Shown here one piece after another: positions 1 through 11,647 of a stretch of 64,000 bases of DNA. How positions within the stretch are numbered: the stretch's first letter is position 1; the number at the start of each line of letters is the position of its first letter. A program made the translations under genes and the position numbers. The stretch comes from Octopus sinensis. Taxonomy: Eukaryota. The notes under the pieces were generated by a model. That model ran no database searches. It was given only the letters and a program-made list of their open reading frames with translations, and was not told the DNA's origin. The stretch spans positions 29,450,001 to 29,514,000 of the forward strand of contig NC_042997.1 in NCBI RefSeq assembly GCF_006345805.1, written 5' to 3'.

Positions 1-300
1 CTAGTTTGGCGAGTCGTGTCCTGTCTTGCCTTCGAAACACGCTGGGGCCGAACTAGTGACAGCTGATGAAGGGGATTTTTCCTTGTGTAGTATGTCCTGT
101 ACTCTGTTTTTTCTGTTGTAAAAAAATGTTTTTTTCCGTTTTCCTTTCTCGTTGAGTTCTACGTCTAGTTGTGGTGTCCTGTACTCACGTGTATATATAT
201 TTATATATGCATGTATATATACATGTAGATGTAGGTACGTACATATATGTTTGTATGTATGCATATATTTTATTTATTACACTATATATATATATATATA
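1..300 (+). repeat. Interspersed repeat, probable PLE terminal-repeat (pLTR)-like family
   Basis: 1-290 matches the reverse complement of about 20630-20960 and matches 21181-21300 directly (GTGGTGTCCTGTACTC...CATGTAGATGTA). Contains CTGATGAAGGGG at about 64-75. PLE assignment is inferred from adjacency to the PLE ORF at 21.4-22.6 kb. Confidence 0.5.
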
Positions 301-379
301 TATATAAATGTGACCTCGAATGTATCGCTGGCGATTTTTTTCCTCTGTCTTCCCTTCTCTGGATCTTTCCTTCTCCTAT

Positions 380-414
380 GTTTCCGACGAAGAGCTCCGC
401 TCGAAACGTTAAAC
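380..414 (+). ncRNA. Minimal type I hammerhead ribozyme-like motif
   Basis: GTTT-CCGACGA-A-GAGC(TCC)GCTC-GAAA-CGT-T-AAAC. Stem I GTTT/AAAC, stem II GAGC/GCTC, palindromic stem III ACGT. The core has a U4>C change. Confidence 0.6.
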
Positions 415-799
415 GCTCCTTATTTTCTTTCTTTCCTGAGCGTCCAATAATACTATATTTGTTCCACGTCCTCTCGTTGTTGTGTTTTTTTGTGCTTTCT
501 TGTTTGGATTAACTTTATATATATATTATATATATACACATTTACATGTGCGTGTGTATGTGAGCATACAACAAAACAGTTTCATTCAAATTCGTTGGCA
601 CTCTTGAGCTTGAAGCGTGATACTAGACGGCAGCTATTTTGAATTTGAATCACAGAAGTTGATTGTTTTTGCCGTAAGGTGGACTGTGATTGATCGAGGA
701 AGGTCAGGTGGTGTCGTAATTTGATGTTGCTATATGGGTAAGTGTATATGCGTCACTTGGAAGGAGGAGAGATGAATATGGGGCAGTGGGATTGAAGGA

Positions 800-960
800 T
801 TAGAAAAAAATCAGAGACAAAAGAAAGGTACAGGGTGATAAACGAGCGCGAAACAGTTGAAGGAAGAGATGGCCAAGAAATGTTAGAGAGGGGGAGCGAG
901 AAAAAGGAATAAAAATGGGAGGGGGATTAAAAGATAGAGTAAGAGTCGTATAGAATTTAG
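800..960 (-). repeat. Interspersed repeat shared with about 14400-14530
   Basis: The reverse complement TTCTCGCTCCCCCTCTCTAACATTTCTTGGCC matches TTCTCGCTCCCCATCTCTAACATTTCTTGGCC near 14490. Confidence 0.5.
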
Positions 961-1084
961 ATATATATCTACTATAGTGTAAGAACAAAGCTGTACTTAC
1001 GGCGCTATATATATTAATTTTTACCAGCCGAGTGGATTGAATAAACATGAAATGAAGTGTTTCGCCAACCGAATGTAGAAACCA

Positions 1085-1285
1085 GCATCTCTCGATTATG
1101 AGCCCAACACACAAACCACTTTTGCATCGCTGTTGCTTGCTAATAACATGACCTCACTGGATAGATAAGCAGGTGAACATTGCCCAACCCGTGACTGGGA
1201 GATGCAACACAGTAAAGTGAAATGAAAAATCGAACCTACGATCTAGTGATCGTGAGTGCAACAGCTTAACCACAAGTCTACCCAC
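1085..1285 (-). mobile_element. tRNA-derived SINE (family B), degenerate
   Basis: Minus strand reads GTGGTTAAGCTGTTGCACTCACGATCACTAGATCGTAGGTTCGATT (A/B-box-like). Head resembles the copy at 47497-47800. Confidence 0.55.
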
Positions 1286-1844
1286 AAACACACACAGATG
1301 CACATATACTCATATTCGCACACATACACACATATTGACGCACATACAGACACCCCTGTGTGTGTTTGTGTGTGAGAGAGATAGAGGGGGAACGATAGCA
1401 CATTGATTAGTTATTAGAGAGTAAATTCATCAATTGGTTTCAAACCAATGAGGAATTTGTAGATTTTAGTAAGATCCCTTTTTTAGGTTTGCCCCAGTTC
1501 ACTCAGTTGAAAATGAGTACAAGTTGCAGTTAGGAAAGCTATACGATGCACTCACATTGCACTCAGGGATTGAATTGTAATATTTCAGCCGTAATCACCA
1601 TGCGCACATATATATAAAATTGAACTTGACAGAAATAGAGGAAATTCAGTTTTAAGGAGAAGCAATGATAACTAACCCAGATTATTGTAATTTCAACATA
1701 TCTTTAATATACACCTTCTACGTCGGCAGCCAACTTTTGTTATTCTAGATTGTTATTCTAGAGACAGCTGTAACAGCACTTTGAATTCACTTTACTAAAC
1801 ACTGTTTGTCACAGCTGACCAGTTTGCAGGATGCAATCCGAAGG

Positions 1845-2350
1845 TTTCAAAGATAGATGTGCAACAGAGCTTTGTGTTGAACTGCACAAAATACCGCTAC
1901 ATAAATTTTCCTGATTGCATATGAATTGACTTTTTTACAAGAAGAAGCGGTTCCAAAACTTTAGAGAGGTGTGAGATGAGAGAGCGGTGTGAGAGGGGAG
2001 TAAGAGAATACGAGTTCCTTGACAAAATTTGCAGTATTCTGGACGAGGCCCGTTTTCTGTCTACAAAGACAGCAAGACTACAGTCTGGGTAGTTCGGAAC
2101 ATGCACAAAATTTGTGCCAGTTTTGTCCACAGATTGCTCGATGAAGAGAGATGGCCATCAATATCATGAGATCTTGCCCCCTGTAATATTTTGTCACTCT
2201 CCATGCTGGAGGAGAACTTCAAGGGCGACCGTTTTGACGGTAAATGAGGCTGTACCAGTGTTCTTTACGCCTTCAATTTGGAGGACTTCTTTGGGGCTTT
2301 CGTGAAATGGCTGGAGGGCTGTAACAATTTCATTAAAACCAGAAGCTCCT
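1845..2350 (+). pseudogene. mariner transposase fossil, internally deleted
   Basis: Frame-hopping translation gives QQSFVLNCTK, KRFQNFRE, SKTTVWVVRNMHKICASFVHRLLDEE (mariner KVCARWVPRLL region). It then jumps to APCNILSLSMLEENFKGDRF...EDFFGAFVKWLEGCNNFIK (mariner C-terminus). Confidence 0.7.
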
Positions 2351-3724
2351 AAATTAAAGAAGATTAGAGTTTTGTACTTGTTTGAAATAAATAAATGCCT
2401 CATCTTAAAAAGTCTGAAGATCTATGGCATGGGCATTGTATCTAACCCGTAAATATAGTTCTACATTTTCCTGTGGCTTCTTACCAGTTTAAGCTTGTTG
2501 AAGAAATGTTAGAGATGTGAAAGGTATACGACTACTGCACACAGCATGTAGATCGCCTACATAGCTAATATCTGCCGATGTCTCACAATTTCATTGTAGC
2601 AAGTCTTAAAAATTACTCGTACTCGAACAAAACAACGGTTTCGTTTCCGCATCCGGATCTGCATGGCTCAGATCATCTGCTTTAAGACGGTTGAGTGTGA
2701 GTAGTGAGACTTCGATGCTAATTTCATTGTGTTGACCAAAAATATGTCAACCCTAATTTTGAACGAAATTATCAATCTACAAACAATGCTCTCTTTCTAT
2801 CACCTTTCCACCGTCTAGTTTCCATCTTCTCAAACGTTGGCTGGATTAACGGGAAAGTTAACACATTGCTTGAGCGACTGTCAGTCTGTTCAAGCAGAGG
2901 GGAGGAAGACTGAAGTGGTTAGTTTGAGTACTACAAGGAGAAGATTGGTTTTGGCAGCATATATACTCATCGACACTTTAAATCATTTTTTGAATATTCT
3001 TCTCAAGGATTGCGTTATATACATATATTACTGGAATATATTGAGAGTAGTTCTTAATTCCAGGATATCTCCCAAGCTTTGAATACAATACTGAATTTGC
3101 CTCGATTTTATAATCATTTCCCTTCTCGATGAAAAGTGGTTAACTGATTTTCAGTCCACGATGATACAAGTGCAAATACCATCAAATGGAGAGCCACTTG
3201 CATTTGAACATAGCAGTTATGATATTCTTCTCATAAATGTGTATGTGAAACTATTAGTTTCAAATTAATCTCAATTACCAATAGAGAAAAATTCAAAATG
3301 AACAGAGCCCTTTAAAATGGTATTGCAAGCTAATGTTTTTATTGGTGTATTCTACATAAAAATGGCAGAGATCGCACTATATTTAATCTCTTCAAATCTG
3401 ATGAGATTGTTGTGAAGTCTTGCAAACACATGCCTGTGCTGTGAAAGAATTGCAAAAAGCAGATGTTCTGGAGAAGAACGGATGAAAGGAATAATTAGTG
3501 AAGAGCCTGGTGAACACAACCTAGATATCGAGATAGGGCTGACAGATGAGTGGCCAGTGCTGAAATGAGACTGTCATAATAACTGATAGCATCGAGGACA
3601 CGCTTGTGTAGCACTGATAATTTTTTTTGGAATGAGCATGAGTCAGCAACTCCCAGGTTCAAAACTATAAGTCGTGTGTCATTCTTCTAATGTCTCATTC
3701 TCACTCTTTCCCTCTCAATCTCCC

Positions 3725-3767
<43 letters not shown>

Positions 3768-5224
3768 CCAGCAGGCAGCAAGTCGCTGATATACAAGCTG
3801 TTCTTATTTTCTCACCTGATATTGTATATGGTTCATAATTATGTAGTAATGAATTAAATTCAGAAGGGCGCCCAGGAGATAGAAAATGGTCTCCTAAGGG
3901 TGTAAGATATTAAGAGCCGACACACTTGCCTGAAGTGGGTTTCTTCTCTGAAAAACTTCTGCCGAATAGCTCTTTTGAGGTCCTTACAACAAAGCTAGTT
4001 ATTGTTATGAAATATTTTCTCTGATGATCATATGTGATAGTTAGGAGAGTTAGAAATAGATAGTAAGTATTAAATACTGATTTTGAATATGTGGCGAACG
4101 CTTAATATAATAACATGGTAGCGAGTTGTGATCTGCTTATATTTCATTTTATGAGAAGTGACTGTTGTCGTTTTGCTGTTAATGGAAACAATTCACACAA
4201 CTGTATTCAAAAAGGTTTCCTAACTCTCCTTGCAAGAATTCCATGTTGATTTTCTTGATACGCCTACTGTAAATAAGATAAACTTGGGATCAGAAGGGTA
4301 CGTAGTAATGAAGAGAGTCGTCCTGCTCGTAGTTATGAAAATTGATATACACCAGGCCAAATATGTTGGTGATATATAGAAAAAAGTGTCTTTGTCGATG
4401 AAACAAAACCTGTAACGATATTGATTCTGACACCGAACAAAAATGAAATAATATTGAGTCGATATTGAAAATCTGTTAAGTCAATGAGACATATGATATT
4501 TGAATCTGCTGCTTAATTACGCTACACAATATTCACATGTATATTAAACGAAGAAGAGCTGTCAAAATATCTCTTTTAATAAACTTCAGAGTTTAAATCT
4601 TAGTAATTCATTTACAATTTCATTAATATAATATGTTAAGTAAAATCAGAAATATTTAATTATAGAATATCAAACATAACTTTAAGTTATGTTAAACATT
4701 TGAGATCCATTGGTAATGTAATCGTTGACAGCTTACCTCGGTACTTCTGTTTGTGCTCAAGATTCAATTATGGTTTAAGCCAATGCTAAAATCGTAGTTA
4801 TTAATGTAGAAATTAATTATATTTTTAGAACTTGCTTTCATGAACAAACTTCGAATGTAGTAGTGACAATTATCTACGTCATTCATAACTAAAACATGAT
4901 ATTTAGTCAAAGCCTGAAACACTTAATTCTGTTATGGAGAGAAAATAGTATATATTAATTGGCGTTTACAAGAGGATGTGTTGTGTAGTCTGAACATAAG
5001 ACTTGCATTATTTAAACAGATGGCATCGAATTAGATATCCCTATTTTTGGTATGAAAATAAAAGGATAAATTTGGTTTTCTCAGAGATAGCATTTCTTAG
5101 TCACCACGCAAAGCATAACGATTCAGTTACAACTAATTTAGGTTATTTTAATTTTATAATTGATTGTTACCAACAGAAAAAATATTTAAATATTTTAAAA
5201 CTAATAACGTTGAATAAAATGTTA

Positions 5225-5420
5225 GATAAATAGATAGATATGTATACAGATAGATAGATAGATACATACATACGTACATACATACATACATCTATAAAGG
5301 GAAAGGCAGATGCGGGGAAAGAGATTAGATAGATAAATTGATGGATAGGTAGACAGACATACAGGCAAACAAAGAGACAGACAGACAAACAGACAGAGAG
5401 ACAGACAGATAGACAGAAAA

Positions 5421-5471
<51 letters not shown>

Positions 5472-5510
5472 GATAGATAGATAGAGAGTGAATGAGCGAG
5501 AGAGTGTAGG
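5225..5510. repeat. (GATA)n/(GACA)n/(CATA)n compound microsatellite
   Basis: Seen directly in the sequence. Confidence 0.95.
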
Positions 5511-6017
5511 AGAGTGTTGGTTCATTTTCAATTTGATCTGGTCAATTCATTGAAATTTCATTTGAAGAGACGGGATTATCTTATATTGTAAAAGTGAAGA
5601 CTTAGTATTAATAAAAACAGGTGGAAAAAAGAAATTTTAAAATAACATATAGTGAATATTTTCACAACTGACCCCTCTAATTTATACATTTGATGGATGG
5701 GTTCTTTAAAAAAATAATTTCGCATTAAACATAGTACGAAGAGCAAACTTATACGAGCATTGAACAATATAAATAGAATGGTCTCAGCTGCAATGTGGTC
5801 GAGTTACAAAAGAGCATATCGACAGCAGTTGGTGCCTGTTATTAATACAACCAGGAATGCTAGCTGATTGTCAATTGTTTTCATTGATAACACGCACCAA
5901 ATATGGATTCAGGACATCCGTATAACCCAAGCAGATTTGAGTAGCACATGGAAACCGGTATTAAGAAGGAGACGAAAATATTAGATTTATAAGCCATAAA
6001 ATACACTCCATAATTGC

Positions 6018-6280
6018 CCACGGGCATAGGGCGTAGTGGTTAAGAGCGCGGGCTACTAACGCCAATATTCCGAGTTCGATTGCACGCAGTGACCTGAATA
6101 ATAATAACAATCGAAAAATACCTTAGGAATGAGAACCTAAGGTATTTTTCCGCAAGATCCCTGAAATTTCCCCAAGACACCTAATGAAGGCTGGGGGGTA
6201 TATCAGCCGAAACAAGATAAGGACAAATATCCGTCAAATGTTATTAATGTACGTAATTTCTCATCTCTTAAATATAGTCC
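6018..6280 (+). mobile_element. tRNA-headed short retroposon with a hammerhead-like 3' half
   Basis: A box TAGTGGTTAAG at 6034-6044 and B box GAGTTCGATT at 6072-6081, then an (AAT)n linker. Downstream: ACAC-CTAATGA-A-GGCTG...CAGCC-GAAAC at 6177-6213. Confidence 0.6.
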
Positions 6281-6681
6281 TGGAATATTTCCCATTCATT
6301 TAGTTATAATATATTACGCTTTACAAAAAATGTAATATTCGGTAATTTGATTTAAAGAACACATTTCTGAAATGATTGCGACACTTTTTTATTACAATTA
6401 AACAGCACTATATTCAATCTACGTCAATACGAGTAGTACTATAAACATATTGCTGTGAAATATGCTACAGTTAATATATATAAAAGGGATAATTATAGTA
6501 ACAAATAAGCATCTATTATCAGAACTTTTACATAAGAGGGTGTAATTTTCGTCATCATGTTATGTATGGATATAATATATTCACATATAAGTATATATAA
6601 ATATACACATATATAAGTCCACATATATAACTTATGTATATTCATATTTATATATATTAAATATGCTCACAGATGTATATA

Positions 6682-6830
6682 GTAGCGTGAAAGTAGCATG
6701 AAACAATTGTACTACACTGCCTTGGATATCCTTGTTGCTTATTTTTATTACAATCACCCCACTTGATTTATATGGATAATACCATACAAAATTCTGGTGC
6801 CTTTAACTTAAGTACCATATTCATCTGAAT
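6682..6830 (+). repeat. pLTR-like repeat with degenerate hammerhead, same family as 61241-61470
   Basis: ATGAAACAATTGTACTA...CTTGTTGCTT...ATCACCCCAC...TATGGATAA.ACCATA...TTCTGGTGC...TTAAGTACCA is shared with 61340-61460. Confidence 0.55.
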
Positions 6831-6847
6831 CTAAATTTTGCTGAACT

Positions 6848-6863
6848 TATATATATATATATA

Positions 6864-6953
<90 letters not shown>

Positions 6954-6955
6954 CA
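6848..6955. repeat. (TA)n microsatellite
   Basis: Seen directly. Many similar (TA)n, (CA)n, (GA)n and (ATGT)n tracts occur across the window, e.g. 7750-7810, 17960-18180, 21310-21390, 42650-42860, 48070-48160, 49590-49790, 55265-55360. Confidence 0.95.
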
Positions 6956-7365
6956 TGATACAGATAGCAACAGCAAACAGATTCCACAAAGACAAATTAT
7001 AAGCTAAAAAGAAAAATCAAGCAATAGAAGGATATGTACGTACATATATGGAGAAGCTACAATTTAACTGTGGTATTTTAAAATTTAGTCATGGAATGAG
7101 AATGGAAACGAAACAAATTCATAAATGAAGTGTTAAGTTAAAAATAATGATTGACGCACAGAACACTCACAGTGTGCATTACAGGAATATTCATGAGATG
7201 CTAAATTTATCGATGCAAGAATGATGACTCTAATTCCAATTGAAAGGTGAAATTCAATTTGATTCTCGTTCTATATATAAATGTAAAAATGTAGGACAAA
7301 TATGAAAGCATTCGCATTATCTGATTTTAATGCACACACTTTAAGTGTATACGTGTATATATATC

Positions 7366-7749
7366 TCTTTTTTACTCTTTTTACTTGTTTCAGTCATTTG
7401 ACTGCGGCCATGCTGGAGCACCGCCTTTAGTCGAGCAAATCGACCCCGGGACTTATTCTTTGTAAGCCCAGTACTTATTTTATCGGTCCCTTTTGCCGAA
7501 ACGCTAAGTGACGGGGACGTAAACACACCAGCATCGGTTGCCAAGCAATGCTAGGGGGACAAACACACACACACACATATATATATACATATATACGACA
7601 GGTTTCTTTCAGTTTCCGTCTACCAAATCCACTCACAAGGCATTGGTCGGCCCGGGGCTATAGCAGAAGACACTTGCCCAAGATGCCACGCAGTGGAACT
7701 GAACCCGGAACCTTGTGGTTGGTTAGCAAGCTACTTACCACACAGCCAC
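7366..7749 (-). mobile_element. tRNA-derived SINE (family A), near full length
   Basis: Minus strand: GTGGCTGTGTGGTAAGT (A-box-like), GGTTCAGTTCC (B-box-like), an internal TA/TG microsatellite, and a tail GGCGGTGCTCCAGCATGGCCGCAGTCAAATGACTGAAACAAGTAAAAAAGAGTAAAA. Homologous copies at 33003, 35915, 44925, 48200/48925 and 49855. Confidence 0.85.
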
Positions 7750-7760
7750 ATATATATATA

Positions 7761-7812
<52 letters not shown>

Positions 7813-8197
7813 TACACATAAGGTTTTTTGTATATAAAATTTTTAAATAAAATTCAAAAACGTGATTTCACAAAAATTATATATGAAACAGCTTCATGAT
7901 TCGATCCCAGAAGATCTTAACACCATTTTGGACCGTAAAGTGGTCGAAGTGCTTTTGGTAATCGATTAGCGAGTTTCGTATAAGGATGACTGTGGGCCAC
8001 TGAAGAGCGGAAATAACCGGGTACTGTTATCATTTTTTTGTTTTCTTCCACTTCCGGAACATCTCGTGTGGCTTAGCTTTCATGGGTTTGAAGGAATCTA
8101 CCCTGGACGAAGTACCGCAGCTTCAAAGCGTTTAAGACCGTACATCTATTATGTATGTCATACATTTTTCAATCTTTCATCTGCATCTGTAGATGTA

Positions 8198-8245
<48 letters not shown>

Positions 8246-8271
8246 TGTGTGTGTGTGTGTGTGGTGTGTGG

Positions 8272-8302
<31 letters not shown>

Positions 8303-8309
8303 TGTGTAT

Positions 8310-9410
8310 AGTGAAGAAGATTTCATCCTGTAAGTTAAAAATATTGATAGTTAATATGTCGTTATCGTCACTCCGATACTGCTCCCTAGTCAAGTGTTCT
8401 TTTCATGTCAAGGAACAGATGATGGTCAGATGGGGTGAAATGAAGATGACATGCAGTTTGATCAACCAGTTCAAAACCTAGTCCTGCACGGCCAGCATTG
8501 AAACTAAAAACGTTTGTGCTAGAGAATGTTCCTGATGAAAAGACACTCCTTTTATTAAGCTTCCTTACCGCTTGGTCATGATAGCCATTCGTAGCTGCTA
8601 TAGCTATTTTGCACAGTGCCCTCCGCTGTTGGTGCGACCCTTTAGAAATCTTTTAATAGCGTGTCCTAATAAATTCACTACTTTTCTTTATTTGCATCTT
8701 AAAAACCTGACGTCATCGACTTCCTTTCACCTTCTTTGGAGTAGGTGAGAAGGGGGTTTCCATTGCATGGATTGTCTCTTTGTCTCTGGCTCAAAGTAAT
8801 TAACCCAACATTCAACCTTGTTTATGAAATGTTCAAGGAAATCAGCTGGGTCTGCTCCAAACAATGTCAGATATTCCCGTGAAGTGAACAGCTTAGTGCG
8901 ATTTTGATCAGCTGTCAGAAGATGTGGCACCTGCCGAGCAGAAACCTTCATCATGGCAAGTTCTTTGTGCAGAATATTCTCAACTCTTTCACAGGATATG
9001 CTAATAGAATTGACCATATTCAATCACTTGTCATTCATTACCATGTGGTGAATAGAATCAATGTTGCTGGACGTTCATGACATTCCTTTTCCATCCAACA
9101 TGCAGCATCATTTTTAACACAGCTAGAGAACCATCCCCTAATGTACTGATGTCTGAAACATGTCAGTATTAATATCCTTTGAGGCTGAACCCTTTCCCTG
9201 TAGGTATTTAATAAGATCTCGGTACCATTTTTCCCATTTAGCAAGTGGAGTCGTTTCTAGTTAATTATTTAAGCCTTCTTTGAGCAATCAGATATAAATT
9301 TAGCCGGAAATAAATAATGTCGTTATGAACAAGATGTGAAATTAAAGCCTGAAAATTTCACAGCTTTAGCATCATTCTTTCATAGTCAGCCTCACCTCAT
9401 TTTTAGACTT
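8310..9410 (-). pseudogene. mariner (DD34D-type) transposase fossil
   Basis: ORF 8727-9023 reads ELAMMKVSARQVPHLLTADQ...ECWVNYFEPETKRQSMQWK, typical of mariner. Degenerate N-terminal HTH at 9040-9240. Degenerate HQDNA/YSPDLAPSDY-like region and QYRSDD...LQDEIFF at 8310-8560. Confidence 0.85.
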
Positions 9411-10510
9411 GCAGCTGGTTATAATCAGGTTTCATAAATATTTTTAATACTCCCAAAACGTATGGAGAAAACAAATAATTGATAGAAATTAATAAGCGAG
9501 GAAAATTTACAAATGCGAAACCATTTACAGAGCAAAAATAAAACACGAAACAAATGAAGGAGGGGAAAAAGAAATCATTATTTTACGATACGTGATTATG
9601 AATTGAGTCGTATGATAATAACTATAGACACAAGTATATTTTTTTGTGAAGGAAAAATAAATATTAATAACAGATGGTATGAAATTCGTATACAAATTGG
9701 AAACAACGATAGTTACGTACAGACAATCTGATAAGATATACAAATTCTAAAACTAGATAAATATGATTTAAACTTTATTGAGAAGTGATTAGTATAGAGA
9801 AATATAGGTAGCTGTAAGCTAGCAGACAGTGTAAGATTTACGAATATTGATATATTATCATTAAATTACGAAAAAAAAAACGAAAAGCAACAAACCAAAT
9901 TGGCAATTAGTCATAAAGATATCGCATACACTATAATCAACAAGGGGTATAACATTTCCTGTTCCAGAATTGCACATATCTATTTATGTAGACCGAAGAG
10001 ATATAAATACATACGCACACATACACACACGTGTGTGTGTGCGTTTGTGTGTGTGTGTGTGTGAGTGTGTGTGTATAAATGCAGAGCTAAATAGCTAATT
10101 GATGGGCATATTGCTCGTGCAGCATGTTCACACATTAACAAAGACACATACAGACACATACTTACATATATACATACATATATGCATACACATATATATA
10201 TACATATATAGATAGATAATTATATATACAGAGAGAGAGAGAAAGAGAAAGAGATATAGAGATAATTATTGGTGCATGTGTAATGCAGTGATGAGATGAT
10301 ATAGGGGAGCAGAATTTATAATTACACTTGTTGAAAGCGATTGTAATTATAAGTTGAGGTTTAAGCGAATATCTATCGATATATATATATATATATATTA
10401 ATCAGCATATTTATATTTTTCTACCTGTCTATCTACCTGCCTAGCTGGCTACACAGATAGATCGATAGACAAAGACACACACACACACAGAGACACACAC
10501 ACACAGAGAG

Positions 10511-10561
<51 letters not shown>

Positions 10562-10594
10562 TAAGAAAGTTTGTTTGGTAAAGCACGTGGGTGA

Positions 10595-11616
10595 ATATAT
10601 AAGAAAATAGTAAAGTGTGAAAAACGACAGAAGGCTTAAATGTTAAAAAATATATATTTGTGTCAAAATGTCTGGAGAATATTGGAAAAATTTTTTTCCT
10701 TTCCTTAAAATGACATTAATTTAAAATTTTTAAAGAAATTACCGGTTTCGCGTGTAGCTTTTCAAATTTCTTGTGACGTTATGTTTATATGTATGGATTA
10801 TCGTTGTTTTATTCCAGGAGATTTCTAAATAAGGGGAGGTAGTGAGTGATTTTTTCCGGTGTAGGGGAGATAATCGCTTAAAAAATTTTTTTTCCCATTT
10901 CCTTGTTAATTTCTCTGTGTCAGTATGTTCGGATGGTTGAGTCTGGGTTTGTACTTTTCAATGAAGAATGTTTCCTTGTTCAGTCTCATTTGTGTTGATG
11001 ATCCGAAAGCACATTGGTAAAATGGGAAGATTAAAAATTGTGGCAGTAGTTGCTTTGCGCATTTCTCGATGTGCTCACTAAAAGGTATCATTCTATATTC
11101 TGGGAATATATATTCCCAGAATATAGAATGATACCTTTTAGTGAGCACATCGAGAAATGCGCAAAGCAACTACTGCCACAATTTTTAATCTTCCATTTTA
11201 CCAATGTGCTTTCGGATCATCAACACAATGAGATCTGAACAAAGGAAACATTCTTCATTGAAAAGTACAAACCCAGACTCAACCATCCGAACATACTGAC
11301 ACAGAGAATTAACAAGGAAATGGAAAAAAAATTTTTTAGCGATTATCTCCCCTACACGGAAAAAATCACTCACTACCTCCCCTTATTTAGAAATCTCCTG
11401 GAAATAAAAACAACGATAATTCCATACAATATAAACATAACGTCACAAGAAATTGAAAGCTACACGCGAAACCGGTAATTTCTTTAAAAATTTTAAAATT
11501 ATGTCATTTTAAGGAAAGGAAAAAAATTTTTCCAATATTCTCCAGACATTTTGACACAAATATATATTTTTTAACATTTAAGCCTTCTGTCGTTTTTTCA
11601 CACTTTACTATTTTCT

Positions 11617-11623
<7 letters not shown>
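10595..11623. mobile_element. Spacerless palindrome of about 1 kb made of a PLE 3' end (GIY-YIG C-terminus plus pLTR)
   Basis: Centre GGGAATAT|ATATTCCC at 11109/11110, arms about 515 bp. Both arms encode PFSEHIEKCAK...FLIF...KETFFIEKYKPRLN, resembling the C-terminus of a PLE endonuclease. Confidence 0.85.
11450..11481 (+). ncRNA. Degenerate hammerhead motif in PLE 3' region (mirror copy about 10738-10772, minus strand)
   Basis: AAAT-(T)TGAAA(A)-GC(TACAC)GC-GAAA-CCGGT-A-ATTT. Palindromic stem III ACCGGT, GUA site, stem I AAAT/ATTT. The CUGANGA half is decayed. Confidence 0.45.

Positions 11624-11647
<24 letters not shown>

Noticed and set aside
26-90. Type II hammerhead reading of CCTTC-GAAAC...CTGATGA-AGGGG (also at about 20925-20975, minus strand)
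   Set aside because: Core boxes are present, but I could not form convincing stems I and III between them.
1897-2403. Minus-strand ORFs 1897-2130 and 2194-2403 with RT-like or hAT-like snippets
   Set aside because: Better explained as the antisense of the plus-strand mariner fossil.
5780-5990. Protein-like frame MWSSYKRAYRQQLVP...IWIQDIRITQADLSSTWKP
   Set aside because: It has an internal stop, no clear splice sites and no recognisable homology.
6022-6094. Functional tRNA gene
   Set aside because: It has A and B boxes but no convincing acceptor stem or terminator, and it runs into a repeat body. Treated as a retroposon head.
7995-8140. Hammerhead-like CTGAAGAGCGG...CCG and GGACGAAG motifs
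   Set aside because: The GAAA box and helix III are not recognisable, so it is too degenerate to call.
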